Source: Candidatus Arthromitus sp. SFB-mouse-Japan (GTDB lineage Bacteria; Bacillota; Clostridia; Clostridiales; Clostridiaceae). From it: a stretch of 32,000 bases of DNA. Each line of letters starts with the position of its first letter. The stretch's first letter is position 1. Below, piece after piece: positions 1 through 7,640 of this stretch. The notes beneath the pieces are model-generated. The model searched no databases and was not told the origin of the DNA. It saw nothing but the letters and a program-made list of their open reading frames with translations. The DNA is taken from positions 1,260,001-1,292,000 of the forward strand of contig NC_015913.1 of NCBI RefSeq assembly GCF_000270205.1, given 5' to 3'. The position numbers were made by a program, and so were the translations under genes.

Positions 1-538
1 TCTGACGGTTTTTATATTCTTGTTCTAATTTCTTTGTTGCCCGCTTTAATTTCTGAGTAATGTTGTTTTCACTTACACCGATGGAACTGGCATATTCTCG
101 AATCGACATACCGTCAATGCGTACTGCAATGAACATATCTGCCCAGTCCTGTTTTTTACCAAGAGCGGTACGTATCCATTTGCAGACAGATTCGTACTCA
201 TCTTGGTGATTGCGTTCTATCTCTTGAGAGTTATCAGCGAAAGTATCCATGACATCTATTTCAACTTCATCATCTTTTCGATAAGGTGTCTTGGGATTGC
301 CAAGGTGCCTATGGTAGCGACGCCAATGCTTATATTCCTTGTTGTTCATGAGGTCGAACATTTCTTGTAGAGTCTCGCAGCGTTTCACCTCTGCCTTCTT
401 TTCAGGCTTTGCCTCTGCAAGACGTTGCTCATAGTCGATATCCAGCATGACGCTGTAATCTCCATCTGGAATTTCAATCGTGGTATAGTTCTTGTGACCA
501 TTTTTGATGTTGTCTTCATATAAAACTCGAATCTTCAT
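1..538 (-). CDS. Sigma-70 region-4-like HTH regulator (MGE-type). The 3' end runs off the window.
   Basis: Absent from the ORF track because it is truncated by the window edge. Hand translation from the ATG at 538 (complement) gives MKIRVLYEDNIKNGHKNYTTIEIPDGDYSVMLDIDYEQRLAEAKPEKK...RIDGMSIREYASSIGVSENNITQKLKRATKKLEQEYKNRQ, open to position 1 (179 codons). The C-terminal stretch has the sigma-70 region 4 / ArpU-like HTH pattern. SD GGAAAGGA lies 7 nt upstream. Confidence 0.6.
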   Translation of the reverse strand, partial: MKIRVLYEDNIKNGHKNYTTIEIPDGDYSVMLDIDYEQRLAEAKPEKKAEVKRCETLQEMFDLMNNKEYKHWRRYHRHLGNPKTPYRKDDEVEIDVMDTFADNSQEIERNHQDEYESVCKWIRTALGKKQDWADMFIAVRIDGMSIREYASSIGVSENNITQKLKRATKKLEQEYKNRQ

Positions 539-841
539 AAAGTATTCCTTTCCGCCTAGTCATTGGGCGGCGGAATACAAAAAGAGCCTGTGATGAAGAT
601 GACCACAGACTCCGCTTGTCCTAAAAAAGGGCGCACGAAATAACGGTGGGTGCATCTTCATTCCAAACACAGTCTTTATCACTGCGTTCTGAACTCTTTA
701 TGCATCCCGCCGTCCGTATGCGCACTAGGACTTTGAGATTGATTTTGTTGAGCGATAATCGCTCTAGATAAACTTCTCCTTTAGGGAGGATAGGTAGGCT
801 GATTATTCAAATCTGTCTCTACATATCATTTGTTTTGAAAA
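539..841 (-). promoter_or_regulatory. Structured leader RNA between the small ORF and the sigma-like gene. It has a P1-like helix, mutually exclusive antiterminator and terminator helices, and an SD-sequestering hairpin.
   Basis: Complementarity read on the minus-strand transcript:
- 700..713 pairs with 643..655 (ACGG-C-GGG-A-UGCAU / AUGCA-CCC-A-CCGU).
- Inner hairpin: 681..687 with 667..673.
- 653..661 (AUGAAGAUG) is perfectly complementary to 593..601 inside the terminator.
- SD hairpin: 572..578 and 566..570 pair with 552..556 and 542..548, covering GGCGGAAAGGAAUAC just before the AUG at 538. Confidence 0.45.
577..612 (-). terminator. Intrinsic terminator-like hairpin inside the leader, about 40 nt upstream of the sigma-like gene start (conditional terminator).
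   Basis: Minus-strand RNA GAGUCUGUG-GUCAUCUUCAU-CACAGGCUC (9 bp including one G-U) followed by UUUUUGU. There is too little room between it and the ATG at 538 for a separate promoter, so read-through is required. Confidence 0.5.
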
Positions 842-985
842 TTACTTTTTCTTGCTTGGTCTTGTTTGACTTAAAGCACTGCCAGCAACCGACTTGGCTT
901 TCTTACTGTAGCGTCCATCACTAAGGATTTTGCTTGCTTTTGATGCAATTCTTTTTGATGTTTGCTTCGAATTACGTTTTGTCAT
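842..985 (-). CDS. Small, highly basic Ser/Lys-rich protein (47 aa), function unknown.
   Basis: Below the ORF-track size cut-off. An ATG at 985 (complement) is preceded by a strong SD (GGAAAGGAGGTG, about 6 nt spacer). Translation: MTKRNSKQTSKRIASKASKILSDGRYSKKAKSVAGSALSQTRPSKKK, stop TAA at 842..844. Confidence 0.4.
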   Translation of the reverse strand: MTKRNSKQTSKRIASKASKILSDGRYSKKAKSVAGSALSQTRPSKKK

Positions 986-1069
986 TCAGACACCTCCTTT
1001 CCTCATTCACAATCTCAGCGTAAGAAATCATATTTTTACTTTCGCAAATTTTTTTAGTGCTTACGTCAC

Positions 1070-1100
1070 TTAGTTGAATCCACTGTATGAACTCAACTAA
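1070..1100. repeat. Perfect 8-bp inverted repeat with a 15-nt spacer (TTAGTTGA-N15-TCAACTAA) in the divergent intergenic region. Possible operator.
   Basis: Read directly: 1070..1077 ttagttga, spacer 1078..1092, 1093..1100 tcaactaa. Confidence 0.4.
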
Positions 1101-1195
1101 AAGCAAGAAGAGAATCGCAATTGTACGTTTTTATAAATTTTCTCTGCAAATGCATATTAATAAGATGTGAAAGTGTAGATTTTTGTATCTTTTTC

Positions 1196-1204
1196 TGATA
1201 TAAT
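1196..1204 (+). promoter_or_regulatory. Extended -10 promoter element (TGaTATAAT) for the 277-aa / helicase operon.
   Basis: The sequence tgatataat at 1196..1204 lies about 140 nt upstream of the ATG at 1344. No good -35 is present, which is tolerated with a TGn extension. Confidence 0.4.
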
Positions 1205-1343
1205 ATAATTTAGAGTAATTTCTTAATACAGCTTCACAAGTATCAAGCATTCGCTGTTTGCTTTTTACAATTCTCATTATAGATTGTTGGGTCGGTAGAA
1301 CTTGGTAGTGACAGGTAGGCTTCAATATAAGGAGATAGAATAG

Positions 1344-2177
1344 ATGAACTTTGTAGAATTTGTAAACATAACACGACCAATAATCGGTGGGAAAAGTGGT
1401 GTTCATACTTATGTAAAAACACTCTTTGATACCATACTTACCGAAAGTGGAAAAGACATTCTCAATGATTACAAAGATTCAACTTTCAAAGCTTATTCCA
1501 ATGGTTCAACAAGCATCAGCAAAATATCAAAGGCGATGGTTCCATACATCGATCCTGTTGAGTTTTCCTCTTTTATCTTTGATACAGAAGAAGCAGTTCA
1601 GATAGCCCTATGCCAGCGTTTTGTTCAATATTTGCCAAATATTAATATTAATAACGTTGGTGATGAAATTGCCGAACTATTTGCAACCATAATAAGGAAT
1701 GCTGCTGAGACAAAAAGAAAAAAACCGGCATCCAAAAAGGATACCGGTACAGAGTTCATTGAGCTCCCTGAAGAACAACCTTCCGAGGAATATCCTTATT
1801 CTTCAGAGGATAAAATGCTACTTCAAGAGTTTACAACAGATTATGATGAAATTATGTTTACACTGATAGGTGAAAACTATGCTACCTCATTAATCGATAT
1901 GACACTGCCTAGCAAAATACAAGAATTGTATGAATTAAAATGGAATTCAAAAGCAGATGCTTTTCTTGATCTAACTTTAAAGTCATATGTTTTTAGTTTG
2001 CTCGGAGAATTAAACAATGTAAGTAACAGCTTTTTTACTGTTAACCATAAATCGTCCTTTTTCAAAAGCACAAGAACAAAAATACGAAATTTATATGTAA
2101 AGCTTCATCCAGACTTATTTGCCAGAGCGTTTCCATATGAAGCTTTTATAGATGACTGGGATGAGGGAGAATTTTAA
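1344..2177 (+). CDS. Hypothetical protein (277 aa), first gene of the helicase operon. I recognise no domain.
   Basis: ORF track. ATG with SD AAGGAGA 7 nt upstream. The next gene starts 20 nt downstream. Contains a basic patch (KRKKPASKKD) and an acidic C-terminus. I can see no catalytic motif. Confidence 0.8.
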   Translation: MNFVEFVNITRPIIGGKSGVHTYVKTLFDTILTESGKDILNDYKDSTFKAYSNGSTSISKISKAMVPYIDPVEFSSFIFDTEEAVQIALCQRFVQYLPNININNVGDEIAELFATIIRNAAETKRKKPASKKDTGTEFIELPEEQPSEEYPYSSEDKMLLQEFTTDYDEIMFTLIGENYATSLIDMTLPSKIQELYELKWNSKADAFLDLTLKSYVFSLLGELNNVSNSFFTVNHKSSFFKSTRTKIRNLYVKLHPDLFARAFPYEAFIDDWDEGEF

Positions 2178-2197
2178 CATACAGAGAGGAGGATACA

Positions 2198-5008
2198 ATG
2201 CCATCAATTGATGATTCCATTAGAAAAATAGATAACGTAATATGTAGACACCTTGATAGTATTGAGGACTCATCTCGCGGTGCTATGTCTCAGGATATTT
2301 TGGAACAGTTAATGAAGTTCGTGAATCATATAATGCTTAAGTTTTATGCGAATGGTTCGGATATCCCTATTAACGAAGAAAATATAGCAAAGGCAGTTGA
2401 GTTTGCTCAAATAAACAGTGAACTATATACTTTATATAGATTTCGCAACTATTTGCAAATTGTAACTACACAATATACTTTAGATGAAGATGGCTCAGAA
2501 CGACTGATGCTGAAGTATTACCAATACTTGTTAGAGGCAAAGAATCTTCTTAGCCACTACTACGGTATTGAGGTATTACACAACATAGAAAAATTTCCTC
2601 TGCATTTGGATGATACTCTGCAGAAATACTATAAAAAGATTTCCGAAAAAATAGAACGACATCCTGCGGCATTACATACTGATAGCAAGGATAAATATTA
2701 TATTCAAAAGATAAAACCACTGTTTGTAAACAGAAAAATATATTATGAAATCACATTTACTCCTATAGATGATAGGAAGAATAAATCTAAATCTAACAGA
2801 GTAATTGCTTTTACCAAACTGCCAATCAAAAGCAACTACGCATCGAAGTTTCATCTCATACAAGAAACTATCGAAATATTAGGAAAAACTATGCCTATCA
2901 TTATTATTGATGGTTGGGAAGTTTCCATCCGCGATTGTGAATTTCAAAATTTTATTTCGCTAATAAAAGGTGAGAAAAAAAGAGTACCTTACCCAGAACA
3001 ACGATTAATCTGTGAGTTTCTTACTAAAAAGAAATTTACTCTGACTGATCTAATGGACTTCCCAGATAAGGCATATGATAGGATTACTCTCGAATGGAAA
3101 AATAACCTTAAATCTTCGGCATTTATTCCAATTTTAGATTATTGCAGAAATCTTATACGAAATGGTCGTAATGGACAAAATGTGCTGCGATATCTTCTTT
3201 ATAATATGAACAATGTTATAATTAAAAACCAATATTCATCTGGCTACTATAGCAAATATTATGAAGAGTGGATAAATGCTGGTAATAGTCATCTTTCTGG
3301 TTTGTATTTAGCAAATGGTTGCAAGCAGTTTGATTCTTTACCGTTTAACAGATCCCCTGTTGGACATAATCCAAAATTAGGAGCAGTATTCGATTGTATT
3401 CCTTGTAAGGATAAACGTCCTGAATTGTTCGCTAGATTTATAAGGAATAATACAGAAGGTAAAGGTCAGCTATTTACCGATATTGATGAACTAAGTAACT
3501 TCTCCGATTATAAAAGACTCATAGAAAAATATAACGATAGTCTCTGGCTGGGGCACAGACCTACAAGTGATTTGATGCTTGAACACAATCAAGTATTTAT
3601 AAACGATTACAAGCTTGATACTTGCAAGGTAATTGAGAAATTACAGGAGTTGGCTGAATCAGGCATTGAAAATTACAGTGACGATGTTGATTTTTGGCTA
3701 CTATTTGATGATTACGAAATTGACTGTGACGAAAAGAAGGATATCATCAGGCGTATATTTTCAGAATCAAGAGTTGGGGTAATATATGGTTCTGCGGGTG
3801 TAGGTAAATCAACGCTGATAAACCATGTTTCACACTATTTAAATGATGCAGAAAAATTATACCTAACTCAGACAAATCCTGCAAAAGAGAACCTAATGAG
3901 AAAGATTGATGCTGAAAAAACAACTTTTTCAACAATTGAAAGTTTTAAACACCAAGGCTCTCCTTTTGCAGAATACAAATTATTAGTTATCGATGAATGT
4001 AGTACCGTTAGCAATAAAGATATGGTTGAGATATTGCTAAAAGCAAATTTCGAAATGCTTTTACTAGTCGGAGATACTTATCAGATAGATGCAATTCAAT
4101 TTGGCAATTGGTTCTCGGTACTAAAATCATTCTTGCCTGAATGTGCTGTTTTTGAACTTACCAAGCCTCACCGTACACAGGATCCGTACTTACTTGAACT
4201 TTGGGATAAAGTAAGACACATGGAGGAAACTGCAAAAGAAACCATCGAGAGAGAAAGTTACTCATTAAAAGTTGATGAAACCCTACTCTCTTCACTTGAA
4301 TCAGGCGAGGCTATCCTCTGCCTAAATTATGATGGCTTATATGGAATCAACAACATCAACAGATTCTTGCAAGAAAGCAATCCTAACCCTGCTGTCACTT
4401 GGGATATCCAACAGTACAAAATTGGAGACCCTATTCTCTTCCTTGACTCTGACAGATTTCGCCCCGACATACACAACAACATGAAAGGCATCATCCAAGG
4501 AGTAGAAATCATTGATGCAGGAACTATCGAAGAACGCATACAGTTTGATGTTGAGATTCCAAAAGAAATAGACGAAAGCGATGCTATGTTCCGTGATTTT
4601 CAATTGCTTGAATGCTACGAGGGCGAAGAAAAATCATTAATCAGGTTTTATGTACACAAATTAAAAAGCGTTGATGAAGATGGAGATGACCAAAATTCCA
4701 GAACAATAGTTCCGTTTCAAGTTGCATATGCAGTATCCATTCATAAAGCACAGGGATTAGAATACAACTCTGTAAAGATTGTTATTACCGACGAGGTAGA
4801 AGAACTTGTAACACACAATATATTCTATACTGCTATCACAAGAACTAGAGAAAAGTTGCGAATTTATTGGACACCCGAGGTTGAAGAAAAGGTAATTAAA
4901 AGAATAAAACCGCGAGATATAAGTAAAGATGTGAAACTCTTGAAAAAGTATTTAACTGGAAAATCCAGCGAAGGAATAAGGAGATTAGAAAATGAGAATC
5001 AGTTATAA
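2198..5008 (+). CDS. Large SF1 (RecD/Pif1/Dda-like, AAA_30 + UvrD_C_2 type) helicase with a ~520-aa N-terminal region of unknown function.
   Basis: SD GAGGAGGA. The SF1 motifs are all in the C-terminal ~410 aa:
- GSAGVGKST (Walker A, nt ~3788-3814)
- LTQTNPAKENL (Ia)
- LLVIDECS (II)
- LLLVGDTYQIDAI (III)
- KPHRTQ (IV)
- YKIGDPILF (SH3-like)
- AYAVSIHKAQGLEYNSVKIV (VI)
- YTAITRTREKL

Residues 1-~520 match nothing I recognise. Confidence 0.9.
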   Translation: MPSIDDSIRKIDNVICRHLDSIEDSSRGAMSQDILEQLMKFVNHIMLKFYANGSDIPINEENIAKAVEFAQINSELYTLYRFRNYLQIVTTQYTLDEDGSERLMLKYYQYLLEAKNLLSHYYGIEVLHNIEKFPLHLDDTLQKYYKKISEKIERHPAALHTDSKDKYYIQKIKPLFVNRKIYYEITFTPIDDRKNKSKSNRVIAFTKLPIKSNYASKFHLIQETIEILGKTMPIIIIDGWEVSIRDCEFQNFISLIKGEKKRVPYPEQRLICEFLTKKKFTLTDLMDFPDKAYDRITLEWKNNLKSSAFIPILDYCRNLIRNGRNGQNVLRYLLYNMNNVIIKNQYSSGYYSKYYEEWINAGNSHLSGLYLANGCKQFDSLPFNRSPVGHNPKLGAVFDCIPCKDKRPELFARFIRNNTEGKGQLFTDIDELSNFSDYKRLIEKYNDSLWLGHRPTSDLMLEHNQVFINDYKLDTCKVIEKLQELAESGIENYSDDVDFWLLFDDYEIDCDEKKDIIRRIFSESRVGVIYGSAGVGKSTLINHVSHYLNDAEKLYLTQTNPAKENLMRKIDAEKTTFSTIESFKHQGSPFAEYKLLVIDECSTVSNKDMVEILLKANFEMLLLVGDTYQIDAIQFGNWFSVLKSFLPECAVFELTKPHRTQDPYLLELWDKVRHMEETAKETIERESYSLKVDETLLSSLESGEAILCLNYDGLYGINNINRFLQESNPNPAVTWDIQQYKIGDPILFLDSDRFRPDIHNNMKGIIQGVEIIDAGTIEERIQFDVEIPKEIDESDAMFRDFQLLECYEGEEKSLIRFYVHKLKSVDEDGDDQNSRTIVPFQVAYAVSIHKAQGLEYNSVKIVITDEVEELVTHNIFYTAITRTREKLRIYWTPEVEEKVIKRIKPRDISKDVKLLKKYLTGKSSEGIRRLENENQL

Positions 5009-5204
5009 CAAACTTTGGAAAATGTTAATTGATAAAAATATGAACAAACAAGATTTAAAGAATGCCACCGGAATAAGTGCCGCATCCATAGCAAAGCTTG
5101 GTAAAGGCGAGAATATCACTACGGATATTCTGCTTAAAATATGCGAATCGCTTGATTGTAAGCTAGAAGATATAATGGAAACTATAAATGACAGAAGCAA
5201 ATAA
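4992..5204 (+). CDS. Small XRE/Cro-type HTH regulator (70 aa), translationally coupled to the helicase gene. Possible controller (C) protein.
   Basis: The ATG at 4992 overlaps the last 17 nt of the helicase ORF. SD AAGGAGA. HTH pattern: NKQDLKNATGISAASIAKLGKGENITTDILLKICESLDC. It is a paralogue of the HTH at 8738..8959. Confidence 0.85.
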   Translation: MRISYNKLWKMLIDKNMNKQDLKNATGISAASIAKLGKGENITTDILLKICESLDCKLEDIMETINDRSK

Positions 5205-5283
5205 TATAGTTTCGTTGCTTGTTCATTTGCTCATCTATATTTAAATTCACAGATTAAAAATGATCAAAGAAATGTATTAAAAA

Positions 5284-5312
5284 TTGTTGTTATATTACGA
5301 GTATGACAACAA
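5284..5312 (+). promoter_or_regulatory. 7-bp perfect inverted repeat with a 15-nt spacer (TTGTTGT-N15-ACAACAA) overlapping an extended -10 (TGtTATATT, 5288..5296) upstream of the nuclease gene. Putative operator and promoter.
   Basis: Read directly: 5284..5290 ttgttgt, 5306..5312 acaacaa. Located 25 nt upstream of the ATG at 5337. Confidence 0.35.
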
Positions 5313-5336
5313 TACAAATCATGAAAGGAGTTAAAT

Positions 5337-6380
5337 ATGTTATATTATACAGGATTAGAAGAGGTTGTTTTCTCAAAACACGAGCTGTTATCAGAAGAAC
5401 CCGATGAATTGATTATTATTAGTGGATATTTAGGTCCTGCCCCCGTTGAAAGATTATCAGAATTATCAAAAATGAAAACTACTGTTATCGGAGGGATGTA
5501 TCCCTCGGGTATCGATGTACGTTTACTCAATTCTTTAGAAAAAATCAAAGAGCAGAATTCATCACTAACTATAAAGTACGCAGAACAAGAAATTCATTCG
5601 AAAATTTATATCTGGAAGCGAAACGGAAAAACCTTATCTGCATTAATAGGATCAGCTAATTTTTCTTCAAACGGGCTACGTACGGACTACCGAGAGTCTC
5701 TCGCAGATGCAACGCGTGATACATTTAACCCACTTGAAATATACTACAATTTTATATTAGAACATTCATCTGAAGTCCCTATAATTAATAGAAATCAAGA
5801 AGTAATTGATTTTTCTAATATTCCAGGTTCAGAACTTCCTGTTGATGTACATAAGAAATTTAGTGCTGATATACCTCTTTATTCTGTCCGAAATAATATA
5901 AAAGAAGTTCCAACCTCAAGTGGATTAAACTGGGGTCTTGCTCGACTAAGTAGTAGTTCTCACGTTGCACCCGGAGATGCTTATATTCGTCTTCCTAAAA
6001 AAATAATTAAAACAAACCCATCATTATTTAAAGCGTTCGATCCTGAATTTACCACACCTGATGGCAGACGAAAAAGGAATTCAGACCCGATTGAGCTAAT
6101 TTGGGATGACGGAACTATAATGGAAGCCTCCTTAGAAGGTGTTCAAAAATATAATGAAAAAAAATATCCTAAACAACTTGCTTCATTTTCTTCAAAACAG
6201 CCTTTCTTAAATGGAGAGCGCATATCAAAGAAAAGTATACTAGGACGATACATCAGACGACGCTTAAACGTTGACATTGACGAAGTGATAAAAATGAGTA
6301 CTCTTGAAGACTATGGTAGAACCACAATTACTCTGTCATTAATTGAAGAGGGTGTTTATTATGCTGATTTTTCAGTCTAA
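5337..6380 (+). CDS. Phospholipase-D-superfamily restriction endonuclease, NgoFVII/NgoAVII-like (single HKD motif, putative C-terminal B3-like DNA-binding half).
   Basis: HKD signature HSKIYIWKRNGKTLSALIGSANFS (H87 is encoded at nt 5595). There is only one HKD per chain, which implies a dimeric active site as in BfiI/Nuc. It converges on two C5-MTase genes. SD AAAGGAG. Confidence 0.8.
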   Translation: MLYYTGLEEVVFSKHELLSEEPDELIIISGYLGPAPVERLSELSKMKTTVIGGMYPSGIDVRLLNSLEKIKEQNSSLTIKYAEQEIHSKIYIWKRNGKTLSALIGSANFSSNGLRTDYRESLADATRDTFNPLEIYYNFILEHSSEVPIINRNQEVIDFSNIPGSELPVDVHKKFSADIPLYSVRNNIKEVPTSSGLNWGLARLSSSSHVAPGDAYIRLPKKIIKTNPSLFKAFDPEFTTPDGRRKRNSDPIELIWDDGTIMEASLEGVQKYNEKKYPKQLASFSSKQPFLNGERISKKSILGRYIRRRLNVDIDEVIKMSTLEDYGRTTITLSLIEEGVYYADFSV

Positions 6381-6383
6381 AAC

Positions 6384-6419
6384 AAAAAGAGTTTGTCATA
6401 ATCATGACTCACTCTTTTT
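6384..6419. terminator. Bidirectional terminator-like hairpin between the convergent nuclease and methylase genes.
   Basis: AAAAAGAG (6384..6391) pairs with CTCTTTTT (6412..6419). Inner stem: GTCAT (6395..6399) with ATGAC (6404..6408). A/T tracts flank both sides. It overlaps the last codons of the MTase ending at 6402. Confidence 0.4.
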
Positions 6420-7640
6420 TTCTTGCTTTGCAACATCTGATATTAAGATTGGAATAAGTCTCCCTAACTTTTCTGCAAATAGCGGAGGAACTGCATTTCC
6501 TATCATTTCAAAATTTGCCATTTGTGATTCATTGAATTCAAAATCATCATCGAAAGTTTGTAATCTTGCAGCTTCTCTCACAGTAATTGAACGTTTTTGA
6601 TTGGGGTCAGGGTGTATATGTCGCAATCCATCCTTTTTTAAATGTGCCGGGATAGTATTGCTCGGCTCATCCCACCGTAACACATGATATTTGTGTACGT
6701 TTGTTCTGTTTCCAGTTTGCTCATAATATAGTTCTATTAGTTTTTCGGATGAATCATATTTAAATTCACCTTTCTCAATGTCTTTTGCCAGTCTATAAAA
6801 AATTTCTTGATCGCGCTTGCTATGGAATCGAGCTGAATGACCATTTATACCATTAGAGTTGTCATATGCATTAAGTTTCATTGGTTCATCTAATGGATAA
6901 ATCTGAGGTAAATCAGAAATTGCATCCCTTACAGTGGATACGACTTTTACTTTCTCTGAAATTAATGTATGCCCATAAAAATTTCTAAGTAACTCTTGAT
7001 AGTTGACGTTTTTAACATCACGTCTTATACCAATTATTATAACTCGCTTTCTTTTTTGAGGAATTCCGTATTCTGTTAAGTCCAATAATGCGTATTTTCT
7101 TAAATCGTTTATTATTTCATATCCCAATTTATCAAAAGCATCACGAATTAAGTCAACTATTCTCTCACCTGTTGGAATGGCTGATAATATCCCCTCGACA
7201 TTTTCAAAAACAATAATTTTGGGTCGAAAATGATTAACCACTCGAATATAAGCCTCAAAAAGAAAATTACGATAATCGTCTTTCATGCCATTTTCGTCAC
7301 GAATTCTTCCTGCTACAGAGTATGCCTGACACGGTGGTCCACCGGAAATGACATCAACTTTTTCCCCTCCTACTAAGCTAACTAATCCTGGCCCATCTCC
7401 AAAATCTTTATCACCTTTCCAACCGTACAATAACTCATCAGTTCGTTGTATATCAAAGTTAAGAACCTTATATTTCGCATCTTCAATATGATATTTAGTT
7501 TCTAGTCTTCTTACTAAAGTACGTACTTGAGGTTTCATCCATTCAACAGCAGCAATAAGGTTGTAAGAATTTGTTTTTTCAAAACCATCTAGAAGCCCAC
7601 CTACTCCGGCAAATAACTCAATATTGTTTAACTTCTTCAT
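6402..7640 (-). CDS. DNA (cytosine-5)-methyltransferase (second MTase of the operon, 412 aa).
   Basis: Canonical C5-MTase motifs:
- FAGVGG (I)
- GGPPCQAYS (IV)
- ENV (VI)
- QKRKR (VIII)
- TVREAARLQTFDDDF (IX)
- GNAVPPL (X)

The ATG at 7640 lies 23 nt inside the upstream MTase gene, with SD AAGGAGG. Confidence 0.95.
   Translation of the reverse strand: MKKLNNIELFAGVGGLLDGFEKTNSYNLIAAVEWMKPQVRTLVRRLETKYHIEDAKYKVLNFDIQRTDELLYGWKGDKDFGDGPGLVSLVGGEKVDVISGGPPCQAYSVAGRIRDENGMKDDYRNFLFEAYIRVVNHFRPKIIVFENVEGILSAIPTGERIVDLIRDAFDKLGYEIINDLRKYALLDLTEYGIPQKRKRVIIIGIRRDVKNVNYQELLRNFYGHTLISEKVKVVSTVRDAISDLPQIYPLDEPMKLNAYDNSNGINGHSARFHSKRDQEIFYRLAKDIEKGEFKYDSSEKLIELYYEQTGNRTNVHKYHVLRWDEPSNTIPAHLKKDGLRHIHPDPNQKRSITVREAARLQTFDDDFEFNESQMANFEMIGNAVPPLFAEKLGRLIPILISDVAKQEKKSES

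Noticed and set aside
541-840. Possible group II intron fragment, because GTGCG-like strings occur twice on the minus strand.
   Set aside because: The region is far too short and has no domain V-like hairpin or IEP/RT ORF. The terminator, antiterminator and SD-hairpin reading explains the structure better.
1131-1406. 91-aa minus-strand ORF from the track.
   Set aside because: It spans the promoter and 5' UTR and overlaps the SD-supported start of the 277-aa gene. It has no SD of its own, and its composition is a low-complexity artefact of AT-rich DNA.
2198-5008. Helicase as a conjugative relaxase-helicase (TraI/TrwC/TraA-like), since those also end in AAA_30/UvrD_C_2 cores.
   Set aside because: I could not find a HUH or three-His relaxase motif or catalytic Tyr pairs in the N-terminal region, and no other transfer genes are adjacent. 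This is not fully excluded and is listed as a refutation route.
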